Source: an uncultured Clostridia bacterium (lineage in GTDB: Bacteria; Bacillota; Clostridia; TANB77; CAG-508). From it: DNA of 64,000 nucleotides. Location of the stretch: assembly GCA_934167495.1 (NCBI GenBank), contig CAKPKP010000005.1, positions 19,451 to 83,450 on the forward strand. Direction: 5' to 3'. Both the position numbers and the translations under genes were made by a program. Shown piece by piece: positions 16,395 through 26,275 of the stretch (its first letter is position 1; each line of letters starts with the position of its first letter). The notes beneath the pieces are model-generated. The model searched no databases. It was not told where the DNA came from and saw only the letters and a list, made by a program, of their open reading frames with translations.

Positions 16395-18305
16395 ATGGTA
16401 AACTATGGTTTTGTAAAGTGTGCTATTGCAACTTGTAATAGTGGACTTTCTAATCCGGTAAATGCAACACAAAAAATTAAGGATTTAGTAATCACGGCAG
16501 AATCTCGGGGTGTCCAGGTATTAGTATTTCCTGAACTTTCGATGACCGGTTATACTTGTCAAGACCTTTTCGGATATTCGCAACTGTTGGAAACAACTAT
16601 GGAATGCTTACAGGATCTTGTATCCTTTTCAGCTTCTTATAATGTTCTCTTTGTTGTCGGAGCTCCTATAGATGTCTTTGATACTTTGTATAATTGTGCA
16701 GTTGTTATTCAGGGTGGAAAGATTCATGGAATCGTTCCAAAGCAGTACCTTCCTAACTACGGGGAGTTTTACGAAAAACGGTGGTTTACAACCTATACAG
16801 ATTATTCCATTACATCTGTTAATATGTTTGGTGAAGAAGTACCTTTTGGTAACTTGATTTTTTCTTCATCTGTAGGTTACAGATTAGGAATAGAAATCTG
16901 CGAAGATCTTTGGTCTGTTATTCCGCCAAGTTCTTATCTGGCATTAGCCGGTGCAAATATTATCGCAAACTTATCTTCAAGTAACGAGTTGGTTGGCAAA
17001 GATGATTACCGTAGAGAGCTGATTAGAACTCAAAGCTCAAGAACCATTTCAGCATACCTCTATACTTCTACAGGTTTTTCCGAATCAACAAGTGATTTGG
17101 TATTCGGAGGTAGTGGTTATGCTTTTGAGAATGGTAAAGTACTAACACAACTTAAACGGTATCAGATGGAAGATCAGATGGAAATTTTTGATGTTGATAT
17201 TGAATCTTTAACAAACGAAAGAATCGCTAATAAAACCTTTAGCGATAGTAAGAGAAATCTGAACTGTACTCATCGTGAGATTAAGATTTCACAATCAATA
17301 ACATCGACATCTCTTTCTCGAAGTGTTAATGCACATCCATTTGTGCCTACTTTAGATAATGACTCTAGGAGTAGAGTCTGCAAAGAGATTATTTCTATCC
17401 AGTCAACAGGCTTAGCAAGAAGGTTATCTGCAATCGACAACACAAAAGTAACTATCGGCATTTCTGGAGGATTAGATTCTACATTAGCATTACTTGTATG
17501 CTATGATGCTTTTAAAAAGCTGAATCTTGATTTTTCTGGAATAATTGGAATCACGATGCCTGGCTTTGGCACAACTGATCGCACATACAATAACGCACTT
17601 AGATTGTGTAAAGAACTTGGTATTACTTTACATGAAATTCCTATAAGGGATGCGTGTATGCAACATTTCAAAGATATTGGGCACAATCCTTCTGTTCATG
17701 ACATTACATATGAGAATGTTCAGGCAAGGGAACGAACCAAGATTCTTATGAATATGGCAAATAAACATAACGGCATTTTGGTTGGAACAGGTGATTTATC
17801 CGAATTGGTATTAGGTTGGTGTACCTATAATGGTGATCACATGAGTATGTATGGAGTAAACTGCTCTATACCTAAAACTCTTGTTAAATATCTCATTGAA
17901 TGGTATGCAATCGAAGCCGGCAAAGAAAAACCTGAACTTAAGGAAACTCTGTTGGATATTATAAATACTCCAATTAGTCCAGAGTTGCTTCCAACTGATG
18001 GTAAACAGGTTGTTCAGAAAACTGAAAGCACGGTAGGTCCTTATGAAGTCATAGACTTCTTTATCTACAATTTTTTGAGAAAGAGATTTTCTCGTAACAA
18101 GATTCTGTATCTTGCAGTTAACGCTTTTGAAGGGGTATATACAATGGAGGAACTTTCACGTTACTATGATGGATTTATTAAAAGGTTTTTCCATAATCAA
18201 TTCAAGAGAAATTGTATCCCGGACGGTCCTAAAGTTGGAACAGTAAGTGTTTCGCCGAGAGGTGATTTGAGACTGCCCTCTGATGCAGATTCAAGCAATT
18301 GGTAA
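16395..18305 (+). CDS. nadE: Glutamine-dependent NAD+ synthetase (N-terminal nitrilase/CN-hydrolase domain plus C-terminal NAD synthetase domain)
   Basis: N-terminal VFPELSMTGY and EICEDLW (CN hydrolase Glu and Cys). C-terminal GISGGLDSTLAL (SGGxDS PP-loop). Overall collinear with two-domain NadE. Confidence 0.85.
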   Translation: MVNYGFVKCAIATCNSGLSNPVNATQKIKDLVITAESRGVQVLVFPELSMTGYTCQDLFGYSQLLETTMECLQDLVSFSASYNVLFVVGAPIDVFDTLYNCAVVIQGGKIHGIVPKQYLPNYGEFYEKRWFTTYTDYSITSVNMFGEEVPFGNLIFSSSVGYRLGIEICEDLWSVIPPSSYLALAGANIIANLSSSNELVGKDDYRRELIRTQSSRTISAYLYTSTGFSESTSDLVFGGSGYAFENGKVLTQLKRYQMEDQMEIFDVDIESLTNERIANKTFSDSKRNLNCTHREIKISQSITSTSLSRSVNAHPFVPTLDNDSRSRVCKEIISIQSTGLARRLSAIDNTKVTIGISGGLDSTLALLVCYDAFKKLNLDFSGIIGITMPGFGTTDRTYNNALRLCKELGITLHEIPIRDACMQHFKDIGHNPSVHDITYENVQARERTKILMNMANKHNGILVGTGDLSELVLGWCTYNGDHMSMYGVNCSIPKTLVKYLIEWYAIEAGKEKPELKETLLDIINTPISPELLPTDGKQVVQKTESTVGPYEVIDFFIYNFLRKRFSRNKILYLAVNAFEGVYTMEELSRYYDGFIKRFFHNQFKRNCIPDGPKVGTVSVSPRGDLRLPSDADSSNW

Positions 18306-18343
18306 AATAATCATTATAGTGATAACATATTTTTTGGTTTGAG

Positions 18344-18375
18344 AGATGAGTGGGTGCATACCTACTCATCTTTTA
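18344..18375 (+). terminator. Rho-independent terminator of nadE
   Basis: AGATGAGTgggtgcataccTACTCATCT followed by TTTTATT. Confidence 0.6.
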
Positions 18376-18415
18376 TTAAAACTACAATAAATATAAAAAT
18401 CAAGCATTTTTTATA

Positions 18416-19606
18416 TTATTCTTCAAATTTTTCTATTTTAGTTATGTTTAATCCCATTATAGGTATAGACAATGTCAATAAAACCATAACAATACTTAAC
18501 ACAAATTGACTACCTGTTAATCCTGCTAACAACAACATTGTATATCCCATTACTCTTCCAATATTCAATATACCTTCTCTTAATGAAAAAAATTCGCACT
18601 GATTGTTTTTATCTACTATATGACTATCTGATATATTAAATAACCTTATTTCCCTTGTTAATGTAAGTAATGATGTAAATATTACATAACATATATTGTA
18701 AATAATAATAGTTATATTGTTTCTCCATATTAATAGTATAAAAACTGCTATAACAGGTAAAATACTAGAAACAATTATTAATCCTTTGTCATCTCTCTTT
18801 TTATATATTTTTCCATATAGATGCACACAAATCATTGATAATACTGTAGTAATTGAAGTTATTATTCCTAAATTCATATCTGTTTTAAATGAATTTAAAA
18901 TAAGTATCGTCATTAAAATCTCAAGAGCTCCATCACTTACATTCATACCAATAAAAAATTCAACTATTGATATTCTTCTTATTTGCTTATTACTTTTTAA
19001 TTTATTCCATGTTTGTTTCGCATTAAATTTAGCTAAATTAGTTTCATTGTCAGGTGATAGCATAAAAGAAAGTATTATTTGTATAATTGATATCACTAAT
19101 ATTATAATAGCTGTTAACTCATAATTAGTTACTGTTATAATAGATCCTAATATAATAGGACATAAAACACCAATAATTGATGCTATAATCTTAGATTTTA
19201 CTGTATATTCAGTTCTTCTTTCGTTATCAATTTTATTAATTACAAATAAATTATAAGAAAACCAATATGCACTAGATGATATACCATAAAGAATTGATAT
19301 TAACCCTAAATACTCTATAATTTTTTCTTTAAGAATTATTATTGTCATTATATATATAAAATTAATTATAACTCCAATTCTAAACATACCTACTCTAAAC
19401 TTATTCTTTATTATGCTTGCAACAACAAAGCTTCCAACACCGAGTAATGTATATGAAAAAATATAATATATAGATAAATCTGTTATACTTTCTTGTGATT
19501 TTTTTATGAAATATGCTGTTAAAAATGGTCCTAAAAATAATATCATTACTTTTTTCATAGCATTTATTGCTATTATTATATTTTCCTCTATTTTTTTATT
19601 TTTCAT
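18416..19606 (-). CDS. Polytopic membrane transporter (MFS-like, about 12 predicted TM segments)
   Basis: Hydrophobicity pattern only; AT-rich. Confidence 0.45.
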   Translation of the reverse strand: MKNKKIEENIIIAINAMKKVMILFLGPFLTAYFIKKSQESITDLSIYYIFSYTLLGVGSFVVASIIKNKFRVGMFRIGVIINFIYIMTIIILKEKIIEYLGLISILYGISSSAYWFSYNLFVINKIDNERRTEYTVKSKIIASIIGVLCPIILGSIITVTNYELTAIIILVISIIQIILSFMLSPDNETNLAKFNAKQTWNKLKSNKQIRRISIVEFFIGMNVSDGALEILMTILILNSFKTDMNLGIITSITTVLSMICVHLYGKIYKKRDDKGLIIVSSILPVIAVFILLIWRNNITIIIYNICYVIFTSLLTLTREIRLFNISDSHIVDKNNQCEFFSLREGILNIGRVMGYTMLLLAGLTGSQFVLSIVMVLLTLSIPIMGLNITKIEKFEE

Positions 19607-19970
19607 AAATTTCTCCTACATTATTTCATTTATTAGCTCTGAAACACTTTCACATTCTTTTTTAGCTACTTTTTTTAATTCTTCTACCAAATCTTTCATA
19701 GCATATCCATTAAAATTCTTTATCATTTCTATATTACTATATCCATCATCAATTGTGTAAATAAATTTATTATCTAAATTATAATAATCTGCAAGTAGTT
19801 TTATATTTTTCTTTTTTTCTTACAAATTCAAGTATTACAAAGTTTCTTTCGCATATAGCACCGTAACACACCCAACATGGCTTACCTATCCACTGTTGAT
19901 AGTTTTTTGGTAGCTCGTATATTCACTATTGATTCGTTGCATTGATATTAAGCTCTACCTTTTATAACTT

Positions 19971-21020
19971 TTACTCATCCTCATTTGTTAAGCTATTGTC
20001 TTCTAAACTATCGTCTTTTTTTACATAATTTTCTAAATTTAATTCCTTCTTAAATTCTTCTTCTGTTGGCAAATATAATTTATACTTTGAAGCAAATATT
20101 TGCTTATTATCTTCTGGCAAAGTATATTTTACAACTTGTTCACTTTTATCTGCACAAAGTACAATTCCAATTGGTGGATTGTCTCCCTCATTCATCATTT
20201 CTCTTGTATAATAATTTACATACATTTGCATTTGTCCTATATCTTGATGTGTTAAATCTCCTAGTTTTAAATCTATTATTACAAAGCATTTTAATATATA
20301 GTTGTAGAATACTAAATCTATAAAGAAATGTCTACCATCAAATGTTATTTTTTGTTGTCTTGATACAAAAGAAAATCCTCTTCCTAATTCTAATAAGAAT
20401 TTTTGCAAATGATCTATTATTGCTTGTTCTAAATCTTTTTCATAGAAACTTGTTTTTCCTTCTAATCCTAAAAATTCTAATACATAAGGATCTCTTATTA
20501 TATTCTTAGGTTCTACTTTTTCTGGTAATCCTATTTCTTTTTCTACCGCTTCTTTATCTTGACTCGCTAATAATCTTTCATAGTAGAATGTTCCTATTTG
20601 TCTTTCTAATTGCCTTACACTCCATCCAGATTTCACACATTCTTTTGCATAAAAACTTCTTGTTTTTTCATTTTCTACTCTCATTAACAATCTGTAATGT
20701 GACCAACTTAAATCGTCACACAGTGTGTGACGATTTGGAAAAGCACGATAAAATTGTCTCATATACTTTAAATTTGTAACTGTAAAACCTTTTCCAAATT
20801 CATTAGTTAATTGTTCTGATAAATATTCTAACAGTTTCTTACCATATTCTGCTCTATCATTTTTGCCACAAGCCTTATGTATTTCTTGACCTATCTCCCA
20901 GTATGCTTGTACCATTGCAGTATTAACGGCAGTATATACTTTAGCCTGTGCAGTTAGTACACTATTTCTAATTATTTTGTATGATTCTTCTGGTTGGATT
21001 GTTATTTGGTTATCTTCCAT
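19971..21020 (-). CDS. DUF1016/YhcG-like PD-(D/E)xK nuclease-family protein
   Basis: Recognisable YhcG-type N-terminal region (YMRQFYRAFPN...) and a C-terminal region with IDLVFYN...IIDLKLG, a restriction-endonuclease-like core. Confidence 0.55.
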   Translation of the reverse strand: MEDNQITIQPEESYKIIRNSVLTAQAKVYTAVNTAMVQAYWEIGQEIHKACGKNDRAEYGKKLLEYLSEQLTNEFGKGFTVTNLKYMRQFYRAFPNRHTLCDDLSWSHYRLLMRVENEKTRSFYAKECVKSGWSVRQLERQIGTFYYERLLASQDKEAVEKEIGLPEKVEPKNIIRDPYVLEFLGLEGKTSFYEKDLEQAIIDHLQKFLLELGRGFSFVSRQQKITFDGRHFFIDLVFYNYILKCFVIIDLKLGDLTHQDIGQMQMYVNYYTREMMNEGDNPPIGIVLCADKSEQVVKYTLPEDNKQIFASKYKLYLPTEEEFKKELNLENYVKKDDSLEDNSLTNEDE

Positions 21021-21212
21021 TGTTTACCTCCTCATATACTTTTTATATTCAATTTAGTTATTTATTCAAAACAACTTATTCTTCCATATTCATCTAAAAA
21101 ATATTATTTTAATGCTTTATAAATAAAATCTTGAATTTTATATAAATATGTATCGTATCTTGTCATTTTTACTTTCTCAAAGCTTTTGATATTGATTTAA
21201 CTGCTTGTTTTT

Positions 21213-22757
21213 TTACTTTTTTAGAAACATCTTTTCAACAACTCTTTTCAAATCTATCTCTAGTAATTCATCAACTAAAACATAAACTCCAAATGATGCT
21301 AGTATTGAATTTACTTCTTTTCTATATGCACTATTGTTTATCATAATATGTTGTTCAACATTTGGATTTATGTTTGCTAGTTTTTTCATCCTTTTATATC
21401 CGTTATTTAAACTATCATCTGTTACATATCCAAATGCATCAATTTCATCATAATCTATTTTAAATTTCTTAATATTGTTTATAGAAAAAAATCTCTCTTT
21501 TGCATAAATCTCAAATAAATTCTTATTTATATTACTAAGTAATATTATGCTATGTAGGTCAATAACATTTATTGTAATTGGAAAAACAGAAATGCAGTTT
21601 TCACTTTCTTTATCAAAAAAATGTATACTTGTACTCAAAAATTCGACAGGATATAAAGTAATATTAAATGAAATTACTTTCTTATCTTTTAAGTTAAATT
21701 GTTGCTTTTTATTTTCTATTTCTAGCTCTATGCACCCTTCATTTTTTTCTAGTGTTCTATGAAATGTGTCTATTGAAAAATAACCTCTTCCAAAAGCTTT
21801 TTTCATATCCATCATTGTTTCAGCGTCATTATGCGCATTATATATATTAAATCCAGAAGATTTACATTCAAAATTGATACAAATATCATCTCTAATAATT
21901 AAATTATCTAATTCCATTTTTCTTGATTTATCATCAATATACTTTGCATTTGTTATTACATCATCATATATGTTTATCAAAATATTTCTAACATATTTTT
22001 CAAATGATTTTCCTCTTTTCTTATAATAACTATCTAATTTATTATCTTTAAGATTTTTAAAATATTCAATTATTAATTTCTCACATTCATTAAAAATATA
22101 TGTACAAAATTCTCCTAAATACATTAATATATAAGTATTATCTGCCTTAATAATTTTTTTAGTGTCTTCTACTGCAGATACTTCTTCTAATTCAAGTGAA
22201 AATAGTTTAAGGTATTTTTTTATGCATTCTAGTTCAATATCTTTATTAAGAATGTTTATTTCTTCTGCAGAAAACCAACATGTGGGTTTTGTAGTACCAA
22301 AAAAAATCATTCTATCATTACTTGTCATGTTTTTTCTATATATATAATCATTGTATATTAATACTCTCAAAATTATTAAACCAGTTATATTATAAACATC
22401 TGAAATAGAGATTCCGAAAATATTTATAGCTTGTTCTTCTGTTATCGCAGAATTAAGTATTTTTAATCTATCAATATTTAAAATAAATGGATATAGTATA
22501 CTACTCATTGCTTTGTCTATTGCTAATGAATCACTTTTGTCTAATAAGTCAACACTTAAACTTTCTTTAAAAAACTGTTTAGAAAAATGTTTAATATATT
22601 CATTAAAACCTTTATAATCATCAATTTCATTAATTTTTGAAAAAACAAAATACCCTTGTTTATCAAACTCAATCTCATTTACACGATATTTTTTTACATA
22701 ATCACCTAAATAATAATCATTATAAAATTTTTCTACTAATTTCTTTTTATTTTCCAA
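21213..22757 (-). CDS. Hypothetical 514-aa protein with a possible C-terminal PD-(D/E)xK nuclease motif
   Basis: ELDNLIIRDDICINFECKSSGF fits the D...(D/E)xK spacing; otherwise no assignable domain. Confidence 0.35.
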   Translation of the reverse strand: MENKKKLVEKFYNDYYLGDYVKKYRVNEIEFDKQGYFVFSKINEIDDYKGFNEYIKHFSKQFFKESLSVDLLDKSDSLAIDKAMSSILYPFILNIDRLKILNSAITEEQAINIFGISISDVYNITGLIILRVLIYNDYIYRKNMTSNDRMIFFGTTKPTCWFSAEEINILNKDIELECIKKYLKLFSLELEEVSAVEDTKKIIKADNTYILMYLGEFCTYIFNECEKLIIEYFKNLKDNKLDSYYKKRGKSFEKYVRNILINIYDDVITNAKYIDDKSRKMELDNLIIRDDICINFECKSSGFNIYNAHNDAETMMDMKKAFGRGYFSIDTFHRTLEKNEGCIELEIENKKQQFNLKDKKVISFNITLYPVEFLSTSIHFFDKESENCISVFPITINVIDLHSIILLSNINKNLFEIYAKERFFSINNIKKFKIDYDEIDAFGYVTDDSLNNGYKRMKKLANINPNVEQHIMINNSAYRKEVNSILASFGVYVLVDELLEIDLKRVVEKMFLKK

Positions 22758-22994
22758 TTTTTTGTATTCTCCTTACTAGTTTTTTACTTCTAAACATTTT
22801 ATCAAACACACTATAATATCAGTATTTTAGGTCAGGAGAAATACCAGTCTTTTTTATTATTTTTTGACTCATCAACCATTTACCAGATTGTGTTTTTTAT
22901 GTATAATTTTTATTAATTTAAATCATATTTTTATATAATTACAGGTTATTTTCCAGTACAGTTGACATATCATAAAACATTGACATTTTTGGAT

Positions 22995-24362
22995 TTATTT
23001 AAGTTTTAATACCGCAACGCACTCAACATGACTCGTATAAGGAAACATATCTACCGGAGTTATCTCTTTTATATTGTAAGCTTCTATAAGTTTTGATAAA
23101 TCTCTTGCTAGTGTTGCTGGATTACAACTAATATAAACCAATTTTTTAGGTTTAATACTTAATATTGTTTTTATTGTTGTTTCGTCTAATCCTTTTCTTG
23201 GGGGATCTATAAATATTACATCTGGCATTATATTTTGTTTTTTTATAAATTCAGGAAGTAATTTTTCAACATCACCTGCAAAAAACTCAGCATTTTTAAC
23301 ATTATTTATCTCAGCATTTTCTTTAGCATCTTGTATTGCTTGCTCAATTATCTCGATTCCATATAATTTACTTGCATGCTTTGATGCAAATAATCCTATT
23401 GTTCCAATTCCACAATATAAATCAAAAATTGTCTCTGTTCCTGTTAAATTTGCATATTCTATTGCTTTATTATATAACACTTCTGTTTGAATTGGATTTA
23501 CTTGATAAAAAGACATTGGAGATATTTTAAATTTATAATCTCCTAAAAAATCATATATGTAACCATTACCATATAGTACTTCATTTTCTTTCCCTAATAT
23601 AACATTTGTATTTCTATTATTTATGTTTTTTACTATTGTTTTAATTTCTTTATGTTTGCGAGTTAAATATTGAATTAGTTCTTTTTCTTTATTAATTTTT
23701 TTCTCATTTGTTACTAATATAACCATTATTTCATTTGTTTTTATTCCTATTCTGATTATTATGTGTCTTATTGTTCCTTTTAAATCTTTTTCATTATATA
23801 CATCTATATTGTTTTCTGTAATAAATTTAAATATGTCATTTGCTATTGTCTGACATTCTTGATTTTGAATTTTACATTCTTTTGTTTCTATTATATTATG
23901 ACTTCTTTCTGTAAAAACTCCCATTACAGGATTTCCATTTTCAGATATTCCCACTGGATATTGTAATTTGTTTCTATAATATAAAGGCGTTTTCATACCT
24001 ATACAATCATTTATTTTTATATCTTTTAAATTAACTTTTTTTAAACAACTTTCAACATTACTTTTCTTTATTTTCAAAGTTTCTGCATAATCAATATGTC
24101 TTAAATTACAGCCACCGCATTTCTTATATGTACTACAATCTTCTTGAACTCTGTTTTCAGATTTTACTATTATTTCTATAATCTTACCGTAAGCATGAGA
24201 TGATGTTACTTTCAATATTTTTACCTTTACTTTTTCTCCTTTTAAAGCATATGGTATAAATATTATATAATTATCTATCTTAGCTATTCCTTCTCCTTGA
24301 TATCCATTATCTATTATATCTACAATATATTCTTCATTCTTTTTTACAGGTATTAGCTCCAT
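22995..24362 (-). CDS. rlmD: 23S rRNA (uracil-C5)-methyltransferase RlmD/RumA family (TRAM plus 4Fe-4S plus SAM methyltransferase)
   Basis: Cys cluster CSTYKKCGGCNLRH, SAM motif FDLYCGIGTIGL, DPPRKG motif. Confidence 0.85.
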   Translation of the reverse strand: MELIPVKKNEEYIVDIIDNGYQGEGIAKIDNYIIFIPYALKGEKVKVKILKVTSSHAYGKIIEIIVKSENRVQEDCSTYKKCGGCNLRHIDYAETLKIKKSNVESCLKKVNLKDIKINDCIGMKTPLYYRNKLQYPVGISENGNPVMGVFTERSHNIIETKECKIQNQECQTIANDIFKFITENNIDVYNEKDLKGTIRHIIIRIGIKTNEIMVILVTNEKKINKEKELIQYLTRKHKEIKTIVKNINNRNTNVILGKENEVLYGNGYIYDFLGDYKFKISPMSFYQVNPIQTEVLYNKAIEYANLTGTETIFDLYCGIGTIGLFASKHASKLYGIEIIEQAIQDAKENAEINNVKNAEFFAGDVEKLLPEFIKKQNIMPDVIFIDPPRKGLDETTIKTILSIKPKKLVYISCNPATLARDLSKLIEAYNIKEITPVDMFPYTSHVECVAVLKLK

Positions 24363-24383
24363 AAAAATCTCCTTATTTAATGG

Positions 24384-24413
24384 AAAACAGATAGATTATA
24401 ACCTATCTGTTTT
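24384..24413 (-). terminator. Terminator hairpin at the 3' end of rnpB
   Basis: aaaACAGATAGattataacCTATCTGTttt, perfect stem with flanking A/T runs. Confidence 0.6.
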
Positions 24414-24417
24414 CATA

Positions 24418-24763
24418 TTTTGAGTAAATCTGTAAGCCGGGTTCTGTCTTGGACAATCATTTATCTAGAATATATATTTCTATATATTTCAAGCCACCTA
24501 TTCAGAAGACGACGAGCAGTCTTAACCTTCTACTCCGGTGTTGCTCCAGATGGGGTTTACACAGCTAGCATATCACTATGCTACTGGTGAGCTCTTACCT
24601 CACCTTTTCACCTTAACCATTAAATTAATGGCTGTTATTTTCTGTTGCACTTTCCTTAAGGTCACCCTCACTGGGAGTTACCCAGCACCATTGCTCTATG
24701 GAGCCCGGACTTTCCTCATATACAGTTTTTCAACTTTGTATCCGCGATCATCCAACTTACTCT
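24418..24763 (-). ncRNA. rnpB: RNase P RNA (bacterial type B, Firmicute-like)
   Basis: A GC-rich patch in an AT-rich genome. The minus strand reads ...UAUGAGGAAAGUCCGGGCUCCAUAGAGCAAUGGUGCUGGGUAACUCCCAGUGAGGGUGACCUUAAGGAAAGUGCAACAGAAAAUAACAGCC... with the universal GAGGAAAGUCC (P4) block. The 5' and 3' ends can pair as P1 (GAGUAAG / CUUAC...UUACUC). Own promoter and terminator. Ends are approximate (about 10 nt). Confidence 0.85.
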
Positions 24764-24769
24764 TTATAT

Positions 24770-24798
24770 ATTGTAAACTTTATTTTGGAAAATGTCAA
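24770..24798 (-). promoter_or_regulatory. Sigma-A promoter of rnpB (TTGACA-17-TACAAT)
   Basis: Minus-strand reading TTGACAttttccaaaataaagttTACAAT, about 7 nt before the inferred RNA 5' end. Confidence 0.5.
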
Positions 24799-25644
24799 TT
24801 ATATTTCATCTGTTAATGCTTGATACTTCATAAAAAATATGTCTTGATTTCTATAACCAATTGCATTTTTTACTTCTTCTAATAAAATATATATCTTATT
24901 CATATTGTATGAATTTTGACTTGCATAATTTGCATTATTCATTAATTTTATATATTCATTCTCTGCTATCTCTATTTGTTTTGTAGCTTCATCCCAATTA
25001 TCATTTTTTACTAAAATTCCTGTATTTATAATACAATATTTAATATTCTTCTTTGCAACTTCAAAACTATCATCAGAATAACTAGAAATATACTTTGGAA
25101 TATAACTATATAAATTTATTAATGATATTAATAAATTAGATTCATTTTTTGACTGTATTGATATTTTCACATCATTGATTATCTGACCAAAACTTAATAT
25201 TTCTTTATTATCTACATTTAATTTGTTTAAATCTATAGCCAATATACTCCAAGAAGAATATATATCTTCTAAGTCTTGATTAAGTTTATCCCAATCTATT
25301 TGAACAGCTTGATTATTGGTATTATTTTCTTCAGTTACATTGCTTGAATTATCTGTATTTTTTGTACTTTCACTTTCTGATTGTTTTTTTGAATCATTGT
25401 TTTTATTACCATTTTTAGCATTTTCTTCAGAATTAGTATATTCTTTAAGCAAAATTCCATTTGTGATTCTACTTAGAGTATTTTCAAGATATGCAATCTG
25501 TGAATTACTTTTTTCTTTTAAATCTTTTGTTTCATCTTTTTTATCGCATCCAACTAATATAAAACTACTAATTAGTAGGATTAAAAAAATCGCAATATAT
25601 TTTTTTATTTTCAAATTAATCACCTTATTTTTATTTATTACCAA
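24799..25644 (-). CDS. Putative lipoprotein
   Basis: Signal peptide ending in the lipobox LVGC (MVINKNKVINLKIKKYIAIFLILLISSFILVGCDKKDE...). Confidence 0.5.
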   Translation of the reverse strand: MVINKNKVINLKIKKYIAIFLILLISSFILVGCDKKDETKDLKEKSNSQIAYLENTLSRITNGILLKEYTNSEENAKNGNKNNDSKKQSESESTKNTDNSSNVTEENNTNNQAVQIDWDKLNQDLEDIYSSWSILAIDLNKLNVDNKEILSFGQIINDVKISIQSKNESNLLISLINLYSYIPKYISSYSDDSFEVAKKNIKYCIINTGILVKNDNWDEATKQIEIAENEYIKLMNNANYASQNSYNMNKIYILLEEVKNAIGYRNQDIFFMKYQALTDEI

Positions 25645-25703
25645 AAATTAACCGTTTATTCTTCGTTTAATTATAAATAATAAATTTAAAGGAGTTTTTT
25701 AAA

Positions 25704-25985
25704 TTGAATACAGTTATTAAATTATATAGTGAAAAAAAAGATGAAATAAAAAAATTCTTAGAAAAATACTATTCTAAGAATTTCATATTAGAAAATGATT
25801 TGCTATGGTGTAAGGAATTTCCTAATCCTATTGAAATGGCCGAAATTATTGGTACTTTTGTTGAAAATATGGAAGACTTTCAAATTAATATGTGGGTTAG
25901 CTTAGATAAAGATGTTTTTATAAATATTACTAAATCCAATGCAAATGAATTTATAAAGTATTTATATGAACGTTATCCTTATTAA
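25704..25985 (+). CDS. Hypothetical small protein
   Basis: 93-aa ORF with AAAGGAG RBS; one of the few plus-strand genes. Confidence 0.35.
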   Translation: MNTVIKLYSEKKDEIKKFLEKYYSKNFILENDLLWCKEFPNPIEMAEIIGTFVENMEDFQINMWVSLDKDVFINITKSNANEFIKYLYERYPY

Positions 25986-26275
25986 CAAACTAATTTTTTA
26001 TAACCTTCAAGTAATATTACTAATTCATCCTTTTCGTCAATTATAAAATCTTCGCTATCATATAACACTCTAGCAATTTTCCTTTTGTCACTTTTTATAT
26101 ACTTTTCACTAGCACTAATTAAATTATAAATATCTGTATATTGGAAATTTTTACATTCTTTGCGTATTAATTTAGTAACCTCAAGTTTAATTTCTTTTCT
26201 TACAAGTTCTATTGCTTCTTGATATTTCTCTTCTTTAATTTTATCTTTCACTTTCTCCATCATCATTTTTGCCAA
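25982..26275 (-). CDS. Hypothetical protein (97 aa), translationally coupled to the upstream 605-aa ORF
   Basis: ORF only; 35-nt overlap with 26241..28058. Confidence 0.3.
   Translation of the reverse strand: MAKMMMEKVKDKIKEEKYQEAIELVRKEIKLEVTKLIRKECKNFQYTDIYNLISASEKYIKSDKRKIARVLYDSEDFIIDEKDELVILLEGYKKLVC

Noticed and set aside
24538-24816. 92-aa plus-strand ORF (MLLQMGFTQLAYHY...)
   Set aside because: Lies entirely antisense within the rnpB RNA gene. The GC-rich RNA sequence generates an open frame by chance.
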